In this document: in pieces, positions 30,013 through 38,518 of the stretch
How the letters are laid out: the number at the start of each line of letters is the position of its first letter
Numbering within the stretch: position 1 is the stretch's first letter
Program-made: the position numbers and the translations under genes
Notes under the pieces: generated by a model
Told to the model about the DNA's origin: nothing
Seen by the model: only the letters and a program-made list of their open reading frames with translations
Database searches by the model: none
Assembly (NCBI GenBank): GCA_964591715.1
Contig: CAZQDR010000003.1
Span: 269 to 64,268, forward strand
Length of the DNA stretch: 64,000 bases
From: an uncultured Candidatus Saccharibacteria bacterium
Lineage (GTDB): Bacteria; Patescibacteriota; Minisyncoccia; Phycocordibacterales; JACOZG01
Reading direction: 5' to 3'

Positions 30013-31611
30013 TCACATCTGGTCCGGAGTCTGTATCCCCAACAGCCCGAGGCCATTTTTGAGCACTTGGGCGACGGCCGCCGTCAGTGCCAAGCGATAG
30101 TTCTCGTTCTCACTGCCAATAATCCGATTTTGGGCATAGTAGGCGTTAAAAGCCGAGGCCAGCTCCAGCAAGTAAGTCACAATATAGTTTGGCGCCAATT
30201 CTTGGGCCGCAAATGCCGCCAGATCCGGGAAACGAATTAATAATTTCTCTACCGCTGTCGCGTCCTCCGCCACTAACTCGACTGCCAAATTCGGCGCCTT
30301 AGCAAGAATAGACTGCGCGCGCACGGCAGTGTACTGCAGGTAAGGACCGGAGTCGCCTAAAAAGGAGAGCGATTTTTCTAAATCAAAAATAATATCGCGA
30401 CCAGGCGCCTGTTTCAAAATCGAATATTTAATTGCGGCCACCGCAATCGGCTCAGTCACATCCTCCCGCGCCTTCATCGCCTCGGCTAATAAAAATTCCG
30501 CCGTAATGACATCGCCAGTCCGGGAAGACATTTTTCCGGTTGGCAAACGAAGCATCCCGTGAGCCACATGTTTAGTTTTAGCGGCCAAGTCAGGAAAAAC
30601 CAACGACATCGCCTTTAACAACACTTTAAAATAGGCTTGGATTTCGTTGCCGGTCACCACGATCGACTGATCATACGGGAACTCGTCAAATTTAATTTTA
30701 GCTAGCCCCAACTCCTTCGCTTCATAAGTCGGCAACCCGTCCGAGTTAATAAAAACTCGGGTATGTAAGCCCTCCTCTTCGGCTCCCTTAAAGACTACGG
30801 CGCCATCGCTCTTTTCAAACACTTTACCTAAGTTATCCTCCACCACCTGCTTACCAAACGGTCCCGCCGCACTCTCAAAGAAATAATAATCAAATTTAGT
30901 CCCCAGCTTCTCGTAAATGGTTTCGAAATATTCTAAACTGACCCGCCGACCCTCGTCATAAATTTTATTAATTGCCTCGTCGCTCTTGTCATAAATCTTT
31001 TTGTTGATTTCTCTGATCGCCGCCTCGTCACCCTTGGTGGCGCCGTAGGCGTAGGCCTCGCCGAGCGTTGCGGCCGAGAGTTGGGCGGGCTTAAGTTCAA
31101 GTAACCCCCAAACCGCCCTGGCGACGTGTAACCCGACATCACCCTGATAACACGCCCGTTTAACCTCCGCGCCACTAAAAGCCAAGAGGCGGGACAGTGA
31201 CTCGCCGATCACATTTGGCATCAGGTGACCAATGTGAAATTCTTTAAATGGATTAGGGTCGGTATACTCGACAATCACTTTTTGCCCGGCCAGCTTTTGA
31301 CCACGACCATAATTCTCCTTCTCGCTTAAAACTTTTTTAATTTCCGCTGCAAAAACGGAGGTGGCTAAATAAAAATTAATAAAACCTGGACCGGCCACCT
31401 CCACCTTGGCCAACCACTCGGGTTTATCAGCTAAAATTTTTTCCTTAATTTTCTCCGCCACGGCTTTGGGATTCTCTCCCGCAGTTTTAGCGGCAACCAT
31501 GGCGACGTTAGAAGCAAAATCTCCGTGCGCCAAATCAGCCGGATATTCGACGGAAAATTTAACGGGCGCCTCCAGCACCCCCTCAATTAGTTTTTTGACC
31601 ACCTCTTTCAT
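30013..31611 (-). CDS. argS: arginyl-tRNA synthetase
   Basis: ORF to 31620; HIGH motif FHIGHLM; ArgRS N-terminal add domain; SD AGGA 8 nt before third ATG. Confidence 0.9.
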   Translation of the reverse strand: MKEVVKKLIEGVLEAPVKFSVEYPADLAHGDFASNVAMVAAKTAGENPKAVAEKIKEKILADKPEWLAKVEVAGPGFINFYLATSVFAAEIKKVLSEKENYGRGQKLAGQKVIVEYTDPNPFKEFHIGHLMPNVIGESLSRLLAFSGAEVKRACYQGDVGLHVARAVWGLLELKPAQLSAATLGEAYAYGATKGDEAAIREINKKIYDKSDEAINKIYDEGRRVSLEYFETIYEKLGTKFDYYFFESAAGPFGKQVVEDNLGKVFEKSDGAVVFKGAEEEGLHTRVFINSDGLPTYEAKELGLAKIKFDEFPYDQSIVVTGNEIQAYFKVLLKAMSLVFPDLAAKTKHVAHGMLRLPTGKMSSRTGDVITAEFLLAEAMKAREDVTEPIAVAAIKYSILKQAPGRDIIFDLEKSLSFLGDSGPYLQYTAVRAQSILAKAPNLAVELVAEDATAVEKLLIRFPDLAAFAAQELAPNYIVTYLLELASAFNAYYAQNRIIGSENENYRLALTAAVAQVLKNGLGLLGIQTPDQM

Positions 31612-31620
31612 TGCCATCAT

Positions 31621-31654
31621 CCTAGCATTTTTCGGACAAGAAAAAAGCCCCGCG
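31621..31654 (-). repeat. conserved leader element copy 2 (upstream of argS)
   Basis: see copy 1; followed by long hairpin 31649-31690. Confidence 0.7.
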
Positions 31655-31701
31655 TTTCTCTGTCGTTAAACAGAAAAATGCGGGGCATGAGGCACGCCAA
31701 C

Positions 31702-32292
31702 TCAGCGGGAGAATACCCGACTGCCGTCGCGCCACTCACGCGGACCCTCGACCGCACGGGCGTTCACGCCCCAACCGGCCTTAAGCCAGTCCACACCGAC
31801 CAAGAGCAGAACTCCTTCAGCGTCGCGAACGTAAAAGATGTTCACGTAACCATTGTTAAGGAGCGCGCCACTCTCGCCTTTCGCCTGCCGACTGATCAGC
31901 TGAACAATGGCGGAAAGCGTGGTCTCCACCTTCTCCTCTCCACCCAACTCGGCGATGATTCGTAGATCGCGAGACTGCTTCCTGAGTCGGTGGGAGCGGA
32001 GCACAGTCTCCGGCTGCGGTTCCTCCACCTTGTTGCCGAACCAAGTCTTGAAGTTCTTACCAAGCCAGGCGATACCACTCTGGCCGACGACCAACTCCTG
32101 TTCGGCAACGAACTTGGCCGTGGTCGCGACGATGGTGATAGTAGTGAGGAAGTCGAGAATGCTGTCCACGATTTCCTCAATCACCACCTTTGCCTTTCCG
32201 GCGAGCAGGCTCTTGGCGTTCTCCTCACCAATAATGTTGATGAGCGCTTCCACCTGACCGAACGACCAACCGCTATACTTGTAACTAGCCAT
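31702..32292 (-). CDS. hypothetical protein in GC-rich insert
   Basis: ORF to 32397; start MASYKYS (32292); own promoter; region GC ~58-60%. Confidence 0.5.
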   Translation of the reverse strand: MASYKYSGWSFGQVEALINIIGEENAKSLLAGKAKVVIEEIVDSILDFLTTITIVATTAKFVAEQELVVGQSGIAWLGKNFKTWFGNKVEEPQPETVLRSHRLRKQSRDLRIIAELGGEEKVETTLSAIVQLISRQAKGESGALLNNGYVNIFYVRDAEGVLLLVGVDWLKAGWGVNARAVEGPREWRDGSRVFSR

Positions 32293-32388
32293 AGCACACA
32301 AACCTTTCCGGCTAAAAGCCGAGAAACTGCCTCTACCCGAGGTGGGGGCTGTATTCACTCGAATCCAGCGTTTCAAAGAACTAATATT

Positions 32389-32417
32389 AGTATACACCTA
32401 ATTACCCTATTTGTCAA
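32389..32417 (-). promoter_or_regulatory. consensus sigma70 promoter TTGACA-17-TATACT
   Basis: seen directly on minus strand. Confidence 0.55.
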
Positions 32418-32444
32418 TAATAGAAAGTGGCTTAAATTGGCGAT

Positions 32445-32480
32445 AAAAAAGAGCCCCATCACTGGTGTGATAGGGCTCGG
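32445..32480 (-). terminator. rho-independent terminator (gagccc...gggctc + T6)
   Basis: hairpin 32452-32479, A-run 32446-32451 on plus strand. Confidence 0.6.
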
Positions 32481-32499
32481 GGTCAGGGGCACAACGGGC

Positions 32500-32997
32500 T
32501 TAGCGGCGGGCGATGTCGACGGAGAAGAAGCGCACTTGGCGACTCTTCAACCAGCCGTCGTAATCGGCCCAAGTCAGGCCAACATTCCAGCGTCGGGAAT
32601 ACTTAAAGAGAACGACGCATCGAGGCTGCCGGCGGCCGTCCAGGATATTGAACAGATTCAACCCGCCATCGGCAATCAGGGCGTCGCCACCCTGGGACGA
32701 TTGATCAATCAACCAAGCCAGGTCGGCCAAGGTCGTATGGGCTCGAGCCCACTCGGCGAGAGAGACCTCCATCTCGGCCCGATTGGACCAATTTGAAGAT
32801 TGATCCCACCTCAACTGCGCCGCCGCCTGGGCCGCCTCCACCTTGTCGAGGAAGCTGTTCCTAAAGTGGGGTGATAGAGCCGCTGGGTCGAACCGCTCGG
32901 CGGTGAAGAACTTGGCGGCCACAAACCGTGGCAGGGCTGGCCGAACAATGGCTGCTGGGCTCTGAATTACCGTCGCACTACTCGTTACCATCATTTC
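32500..32997 (-). CDS. hypothetical protein in GC-rich insert
   Basis: ORF to 33201 overlaps dut; start MMVTSS at 32997 preceded by GGAGGAGG SD. Confidence 0.55.
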   Translation of the reverse strand, partial: EMMVTSSATVIQSPAAIVRPALPRFVAAKFFTAERFDPAALSPHFRNSFLDKVEAAQAAAQLRWDQSSNWSNRAEMEVSLAEWARAHTTLADLAWLIDQSSQGGDALIADGGLNLFNILDGRRQPRCVVLFKYSRRWNVGLTWADYDGWLKSRQVRFFSVDIARR

Positions 32998-33073
32998 CTC
33001 CTCCCGGGGAAAATATAACAAACAACAGATACTCCACCCTTGTTTATACCTCTTCTTTAACCTATTGTCAACT

Positions 33074-33502
33074 CTACTTGCGGCCCGTGCTACCAAAAGC
33101 ACTGGTGCCCCGAGAAGAATCGGCCAGTTCAGCGGCTTCTTCCAACTCGGCGACCGCGACGGGATAAATGATAAGTTGAGCCACCTTATCCCCCACTTCA
33201 ACGGTATATGCCTTGTCGCTCAAATTAACCAAGTGAACATTATACTCGCCGCGATAACCAGCATCGAACACGCCACCCATGGTATGTAATCCTGCTTTAG
33301 AGATACTCCCCTTGTCTTTAATAATCGCCGCATAACCAGCTGGGAACTCTAAGGCAAAACCCAAATGGAATCGCGCGTGATCACCCGGCAGAATAGTTTG
33401 TTCTTCTAGAGCATACAAATCTAATCCGGCGTCTCCAGGATGACCATAGGTTGGCTGCTTTGCTTCCGGCTTTAATTTTTTAAACTTTATGGACAGGGAC
33501 AT
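33074..33502 (-). CDS. dut: dUTP diphosphatase
   Basis: 142 aa; trimeric dUTPase motifs incl. GVFDAGYRGE. Confidence 0.9.
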   Translation of the reverse strand: MSLSIKFKKLKPEAKQPTYGHPGDAGLDLYALEEQTILPGDHARFHLGFALEFPAGYAAIIKDKGSISKAGLHTMGGVFDAGYRGEYNVHLVNLSDKAYTVEVGDKVAQLIIYPVAVAELEEAAELADSSRGTSAFGSTGRK

Positions 33503-34187
33503 GTTTCTTCACTAATTTATAAACTTGCTCATGGACCGCTTCGGGCGTTTGGCAAACCATTCCGGCACAACACTCAATGCGGCGCCACTTTTTATCTTTC
33601 TCGGCTAAGGCCAGCGCGCTCTGGCGCGAATTTTTAAGATGGAGCAGATTATCCTCGGCAACATCTTTGCGGCCCTTTAAATATTTCTTACGGCGCTTGG
33701 CGATCTTTTTCTCAAGCCACAGCTTACTCACCTCAAATGGCACGTCTAAATAAATCACCAAATCTGGTTTGGGAATTTTAAAAACGCCGTACTCCATTTT
33801 ATCAAGCCAAGTTAAAAACTCCTGACGCTTTTTAGGATCAGCGATTTTGCCACCCTGGTGGATTTGGTTAGCACTGACATAACGATCAGCGACAACAACA
33901 AAGCCAGCCGCGAGCCACTCTTTAATTTTGGCACTAGTCTCAAAACGGTCCGCGGCATAGAGCACTGAGGCTAGGCGTGGATCAGCCTGAATAAAATCAC
34001 CATGGAGTCCGGAAAGATATTCGCCAATTAAAGCGCCAAAAAAATTATCATAATAACGAGGGAAGTCGATCGTTTTAACCGGCACCTTCTCTTTTTTCAA
34101 CCGGTCAGCTAAAAGTTTAGTTTGCGTCGCCTTGCCTGAACCATCAATCCCGTCAATCACCACTAACCGTCCTGCCGTTTTAGTCAT
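33480..34187 (-). CDS. tmk: thymidylate kinase with Cys-rich C-terminal tail
   Basis: VIDGIDGSGKATQ P-loop, DRF motif. Confidence 0.85.
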   Translation of the reverse strand: MTKTAGRLVVIDGIDGSGKATQTKLLADRLKKEKVPVKTIDFPRYYDNFFGALIGEYLSGLHGDFIQADPRLASVLYAADRFETSAKIKEWLAAGFVVVADRYVSANQIHQGGKIADPKKRQEFLTWLDKMEYGVFKIPKPDLVIYLDVPFEVSKLWLEKKIAKRRKKYLKGRKDVAEDNLLHLKNSRQSALALAEKDKKWRRIECCAGMVCQTPEAVHEQVYKLVKKHVPVHKV

Positions 34188-35445
34188 TTTGTTTTTTAAT
34201 TTTTCTTAAAATTTGATCAATCTTGCCGGCCAATATTTTTACCTGTTTTTCTTTGGCACCGCGGGTAGTCTCGGCCGCTAAACCAATCCGGATTCCCGAC
34301 GGGTCAACGGGCGGCCGAGTATCAAAAGGAATCGCATTTTTGTTCACAATAATCCCCGCCTGCTCTAGCGCCTCACTCGCTGCCTGACCACCAACACCGA
34401 CGCCGTTTAACCAAGTGTCCAGCAAGATCAAGTGGGTGTCGGTGCCATCACTGACTAGCCGCCAGCCCAGCTTCTTTAACTCCATTGCTAGCGTTTTGGT
34501 GTTCTTGATAATTTGAGTGGCGTACTTCTTAAACGCCGGCGTGGCTGCCTCGGCAAGCGCCACCGCCACGCCGGCAATTTGGTTAACATGCGGCCCCCCT
34601 TGGATACCCGGGAAAACCGCTTTATCTATTAAGTCAGAAATAAGCTTCGGTTCGGGCGCAGACTTTCTTCCATCACGGTCAACGAGGGAAATGATTCCAG
34701 AAAGCCCGCGCCCAACCTGCGCCGGTACCCGCCGGCTGAAGATTAATGCCGCTCTCGGACCACGCAAAGTTTTGTGGGTGGTAGTGGTCACGACGTCAGC
34801 GTATGGGAAAGGGCTCGGATGGACGCCCGCGGCCACCAGACCAGCAATGTGCGACATGTCTACCATCAGGATTGCTCCGCAGGCGTCGGCAATCTCGCGA
34901 AACTTTTTGAAATTAATCTGACGCGGATAAGCCGTAAAACCGGCGACAATAATATTTGGTTTTTCTTTAACTGCCAAAACTTTAACCGCTTCGTAATCTA
35001 ACTGTTCACTATCACGGTCAACGGTAAACGGGATTTGCTGCCAGGCTTTGCCAGTTAGGGAGACTTTGTGACCGTGCGTTAAATGACCGCCATGCGCTAG
35101 CGACATGCCCATAATTTTCCCCCCGATTGGGACGAGCGCAGTGTACACCGCCAAGTTGGCCGGTGAACCAGAAAGCGGCTGAACATTCACGGCCCACTTC
35201 TTTGGGCTAAGTTTAAAAAGTTTCAGCGCTCGTTCTTGGCAAAGTCGCTCTACCTGATCAATGATTTTATTGCCGCCATAATAACGCGCGCCCGGATAAC
35301 CCTCGGCATACTTATTATTTAATTCCGAACCCAGCGCCGCCAAAACATCGGCGGAAACATAGTTCTCTGACGCAATTAAATTAACTACCTTCTGTTGTCG
35401 CTCTCGCTCGGCCTTGATCAATCGTTCAATCGGTTTATCTTTCAT
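34180..35445 (-). CDS. glyA: serine hydroxymethyltransferase
   Basis: 421 aa; TTTHKTLRGPR PLP-lysine motif. Confidence 0.95.
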   Translation of the reverse strand: MKDKPIERLIKAERERQQKVVNLIASENYVSADVLAALGSELNNKYAEGYPGARYYGGNKIIDQVERLCQERALKLFKLSPKKWAVNVQPLSGSPANLAVYTALVPIGGKIMGMSLAHGGHLTHGHKVSLTGKAWQQIPFTVDRDSEQLDYEAVKVLAVKEKPNIIVAGFTAYPRQINFKKFREIADACGAILMVDMSHIAGLVAAGVHPSPFPYADVVTTTTHKTLRGPRAALIFSRRVPAQVGRGLSGIISLVDRDGRKSAPEPKLISDLIDKAVFPGIQGGPHVNQIAGVAVALAEAATPAFKKYATQIIKNTKTLAMELKKLGWRLVSDGTDTHLILLDTWLNGVGVGGQAASEALEQAGIIVNKNAIPFDTRPPVDPSGIRIGLAAETTRGAKEKQVKILAGKIDQILRKIKKQND

Positions 35446-35454
35446 GTTTAAGAT

Positions 35455-35943
35455 TTATTTTTTACGACTGCCGTGGAATCTGAGATGGGCATCATCCGTA
35501 ACATACAGCGTTTTTATCCCCGCCTCCAGCATCCGCTCCCAGCAAGGTTGGCAGGCCCACCAGTGACCCCACAAATAGACTTCCGCCCCCGCGGTGACTT
35601 CCCCATTTTTTATTGCATCCGCCACGGCTCGTGATTCTGAGTGAAGCTTGTAATTAGAGCACCCCGGACAAAGCCAATACTTTTGGCCAGTTTTAATTTT
35701 TAACTTGTGCCGGACACACCAACCCTTGGTGTGAAGATCAGCCAAAAAAGCATTCTTTAGTGCTGATTGATTGGCTCCCCGACCGATAATTTTACCGCCC
35801 TCAACAACCACCGCCCCACTTGGCTGATTACGTTCCGTGGCCGACTGAAAACGCATTTTCTTGGCTTCAGCCATAAATTGGTCCGTCTCAGGCACCAACT
35901 TAATCTCGCAACCAGCAGGCAAATAAGGGTAGATAATCGTCAT
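35455..35943 (-). CDS. dCMP deaminase (ComEB/T4 cd-like zinc deaminase)
   Basis: HAE...PCxxC zinc motifs (HAESRAV, CQPCWERM). Confidence 0.85.
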   Translation of the reverse strand: MTIIYPYLPAGCEIKLVPETDQFMAEAKKMRFQSATERNQPSGAVVVEGGKIIGRGANQSALKNAFLADLHTKGWCVRHKLKIKTGQKYWLCPGCSNYKLHSESRAVADAIKNGEVTAGAEVYLWGHWWACQPCWERMLEAGIKTLYVTDDAHLRFHGSRKK

Positions 35944-35982
35944 GTGGCCATTGTCTCATAGCTCTAGTATAATTGGCAAAAT

Positions 35983-36819
35983 ATGACCGCCTTTGACCGA
36001 ATCTACCAGAATCTGTTAAGGCAAATCATGACCGAGGGCATTGCGGAAATGAGCGAGCGCACCGGCCACGAAACCCGGGCCATCCCCGGCCTCCACTTTA
36101 CGACCGACCTCCAAAAAGACGGCTTCCCCCTACTTACCCTGCGCAAAATACCAATTCGGGTCTTCGTGGCCGAGCAAATTTGGTTTCTCCTTGGCTCGCG
36201 CAAACCAGCCGACTTTCTGCGGGAGTACACTAAAATTTGGGATGACTTTACCAACCCAGGCGATGTCGTCACGGTCGCTTACGGTTACCGTTGGCGCAAA
36301 CATTTTGGCCGCGATCAAATCGCCCTGTTGATTGAACTTTTAACCAAGGAGCCAAGTTCGCGCCACGGCGTCGTAATTGCTTGGGATCCAGCCCAGGATG
36401 GCTTGTCGCTGTTTAAAAAGAAAAACGTCCCCTGTCCCTACACCTTTACCGTTAATATTATTGGCGGACACCTCCATCTCCACAACATGATTCGCTCTAA
36501 CGACGTCATGCTCGGCATGCCTCACGACGTGGCGGGCTTTGCTTTGCTCCAGTGCATTTTAGCCGAACGATTAGGAGTAAAGCCGGGCATTTACTCGCAC
36601 TCTATTTCTAACGCTCATGTTTACGACATTCACTACTCAGCCGCGGAAGAAATAATTAGCCGCCACAACGATCATCCTAATGTGACACTCGAGATTCCCG
36701 CCAACACCTTTGCCCGGATCGAGAACCGCGACCCGGCGATAGCCAAAGAACTAATCGATCAACTGACTAACCAGTACACACCAATGGATGCCATTAAAGG
36801 TTTACAAATTGTCCTCTAA
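35983..36819 (+). CDS. ThyA-family pyrimidine C5 (hydroxy)methylase with dCMP-type active-site signature (not a canonical thymidylate synthase)
   Basis: 278 aa aligns to E. coli ThyA without gaps over PCH..LPFN: C146 kept (C151), H147->P, RSCD->RSND, N177->D182; stop overlaps folA start. Confidence 0.75.
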   Translation: MTAFDRIYQNLLRQIMTEGIAEMSERTGHETRAIPGLHFTTDLQKDGFPLLTLRKIPIRVFVAEQIWFLLGSRKPADFLREYTKIWDDFTNPGDVVTVAYGYRWRKHFGRDQIALLIELLTKEPSSRHGVVIAWDPAQDGLSLFKKKNVPCPYTFTVNIIGGHLHLHNMIRSNDVMLGMPHDVAGFALLQCILAERLGVKPGIYSHSISNAHVYDIHYSAAEEIISRHNDHPNVTLEIPANTFARIENRDPAIAKELIDQLTNQYTPMDAIKGLQIVL

Positions 36820-37316
36820 TGATTCCAGCGTTTATTATTGCCAGCGTGACCGCCGACGGCCTGATTGCCCGTGATGCTAGTCACGCGGCCACCTGGTCCA
36901 GCCAAGCTGATAAAAAGTTTTTTGTGACCCGAACCAAAGCCGCTGGTGCGATCATTATGGGCGCTAAAACTTTTGCCACTATTGGCCGACCCCTCCCAGA
37001 ACGCTTAAATGTGGTTTACACCCATCAACCTTCACCTCACCCTGAAGTCTTGGCCACCGCTTTGCCGCCAGCGGAACTACTGGCGGAACTTGAGCGCCGG
37101 GGCATTAGGGAGGCGGCCATTTGCGGGGGCAGTTCAATTTATACGCTCTTTCTTAAGGCCGGCCTGGTCCAGAAAATTTATTTAACTGTTGAACCACGCC
37201 TCTTCGGCCAAGGCCTCTCGCTTTTTAATCAGGAACTGGACCTCACCCTCAAGCTTTTGTCGACTCAACAATTAGCCCCAGACGTCGTATTATTGGAGTA
37301 TCAAGTAATCACCTAA
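36819..37316 (+). CDS. folA: dihydrofolate reductase
   Basis: 165 aa; DHFR fold motifs (IASVTADGLIA, GGSSIY). Confidence 0.85.
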   Translation: MIPAFIIASVTADGLIARDASHAATWSSQADKKFFVTRTKAAGAIIMGAKTFATIGRPLPERLNVVYTHQPSPHPEVLATALPPAELLAELERRGIREAAICGGSSIYTLFLKAGLVQKIYLTVEPRLFGQGLSLFNQELDLTLKLLSTQQLAPDVVLLEYQVIT

Positions 37317-37318
37317 TC

Positions 37319-37960
37319 ATGGCTGTTATCACCAAAGAAGACATTATCGAACGAATCAAGGGAGGGAGCTTAAAGTTTGTCCCCAATCTCGACGTCTTCC
37401 AGCTTCAAAGCCACTCGGTTGACTTGCGGCTGGGCTTTACTTTTATGCTGCCCAAGATTTGGCATCTCACTACCCGCGGCCGCGAGTCACTCGACATCCT
37501 CCATTTTGATAAACGGACTCAAGAATATTTTGATATCGTAGAACTAGAGGAGGGTCAATACTTTGATCTCTTGCCTCAAGAATATATTTTGGTTTCCACC
37601 CTCGAGACTTTAACTGTCCCTAAAGATTTGATGGCTGTGCTTTATCCGCGCTCCTCGACCAATCGCAAAGGTTTGTCGCTCGACTTAACGGGCATTATTG
37701 ATTCGGGTTACGAAGGCCAGCTAAGCTTACCGATTCGCAATAATACTCGTTCGCAAACAGTGCGACTTTATCCGGGCGAGCGTCTCTGCCAAGTGGTTTT
37801 TGAAGAACTAACCCAAACAATTAACCCGCGCCAAAGTAAGTATCACCAGCGTGACATCATTGACGGCGTTCAGCGCGAAGCCGAAACGGAAGTTAAGTTG
37901 TTGTTAGCCGGAAAAATAAAAGAGTTAAAGCGTGACCACGCTGTCGAGGGCTTGATATAG
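37319..37960 (+). CDS. dCTP deaminase/dUTPase-superfamily protein lacking the Dcd catalytic Glu
   Basis: 213 aa; Dcd-like VDLRLG, PRSSTNRKGL (Ser/Arg kept) but E138 position = Pro138; dUTPase motif III Asp also replaced (IDSGYEG). Confidence 0.7.
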   Translation: MAVITKEDIIERIKGGSLKFVPNLDVFQLQSHSVDLRLGFTFMLPKIWHLTTRGRESLDILHFDKRTQEYFDIVELEEGQYFDLLPQEYILVSTLETLTVPKDLMAVLYPRSSTNRKGLSLDLTGIIDSGYEGQLSLPIRNNTRSQTVRLYPGERLCQVVFEELTQTINPRQSKYHQRDIIDGVQREAETEVKLLLAGKIKELKRDHAVEGLI

Positions 37961-38470
37961 CTCTTCCACCTCGCCATTGTTATTGATCACCACCGAAGCG
38001 GCGTCTTTAAGCGACCGGATTTGAATCTCGGTTTCCAGTTGCTGATCTTTTTGAAATTGCTCCCAAGTTTTGCCGTTATCATCTGGATTCTCACCGCGAA
38101 CTGATAAACGCTTAAATCGAACCTCCGGGTCAGCCTCAAGATAAATTAATTTAAATTGGGGTAACTTTTGGAGAGCCTTAATGTCAGGCAAGCGACGGAT
38201 ACCATCAATGACCACCAGATCAGTCTTGGCGCCCGCCGCGTCCTTGGCCACTATCTCGGAAAATAAATCTTCGCCGAAGGTCTGGCGCAAGGCCAGCGAC
38301 AGTGCCGACATGTTCTCTCGCGTCTCGGTTAGATACAAGCGAGCCATAACGTCGCGCAGTGGCGTAGAAAAGCGATACGACTCGGCGTTAAACTTTTTAG
38401 CTAAATATTTCGTACTGAACGTCTTTCCTGAAGCCATCTCCCCCGTCAAACCAATAATTAATTTAGCCAT
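37925..38470 (-). CDS. P-loop kinase, candidate deoxynucleoside-monophosphate kinase
   Basis: 181 aa; GLTGEMASGKT P-loop; VIDGIRR and C-terminal VINNNGEVEELY resemble my recollection of phage T4 gp1 dNMP kinase (unverified). Confidence 0.55.
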   Translation of the reverse strand: MAKLIIGLTGEMASGKTFSTKYLAKKFNAESYRFSTPLRDVMARLYLTETRENMSALSLALRQTFGEDLFSEIVAKDAAGAKTDLVVIDGIRRLPDIKALQKLPQFKLIYLEADPEVRFKRLSVRGENPDDNGKTWEQFQKDQQLETEIQIRSLKDAASVVINNNGEVEELYQALDSVVTL

Positions 38471-38518
38471 ATGGGGATAATAATAATTGACCCCACCCTA
38501 AAAAGCAAAAGCTGGGCT

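Noticed and set aside
29832-30056. 74-aa ORF between argS and the ileS leader
   Set aside because: It overlaps the argS 3' end, has no SD, and lies across the conserved leader/hairpin region. It is more likely non-coding leader sequence.
31621-31690. T-box riboswitch upstream of argS/ileS
   Set aside because: No T-box consensus (AATTAGGGTGGNACCGCG) or specifier-loop architecture is present. Only a shared hairpin/U-run/SD module.
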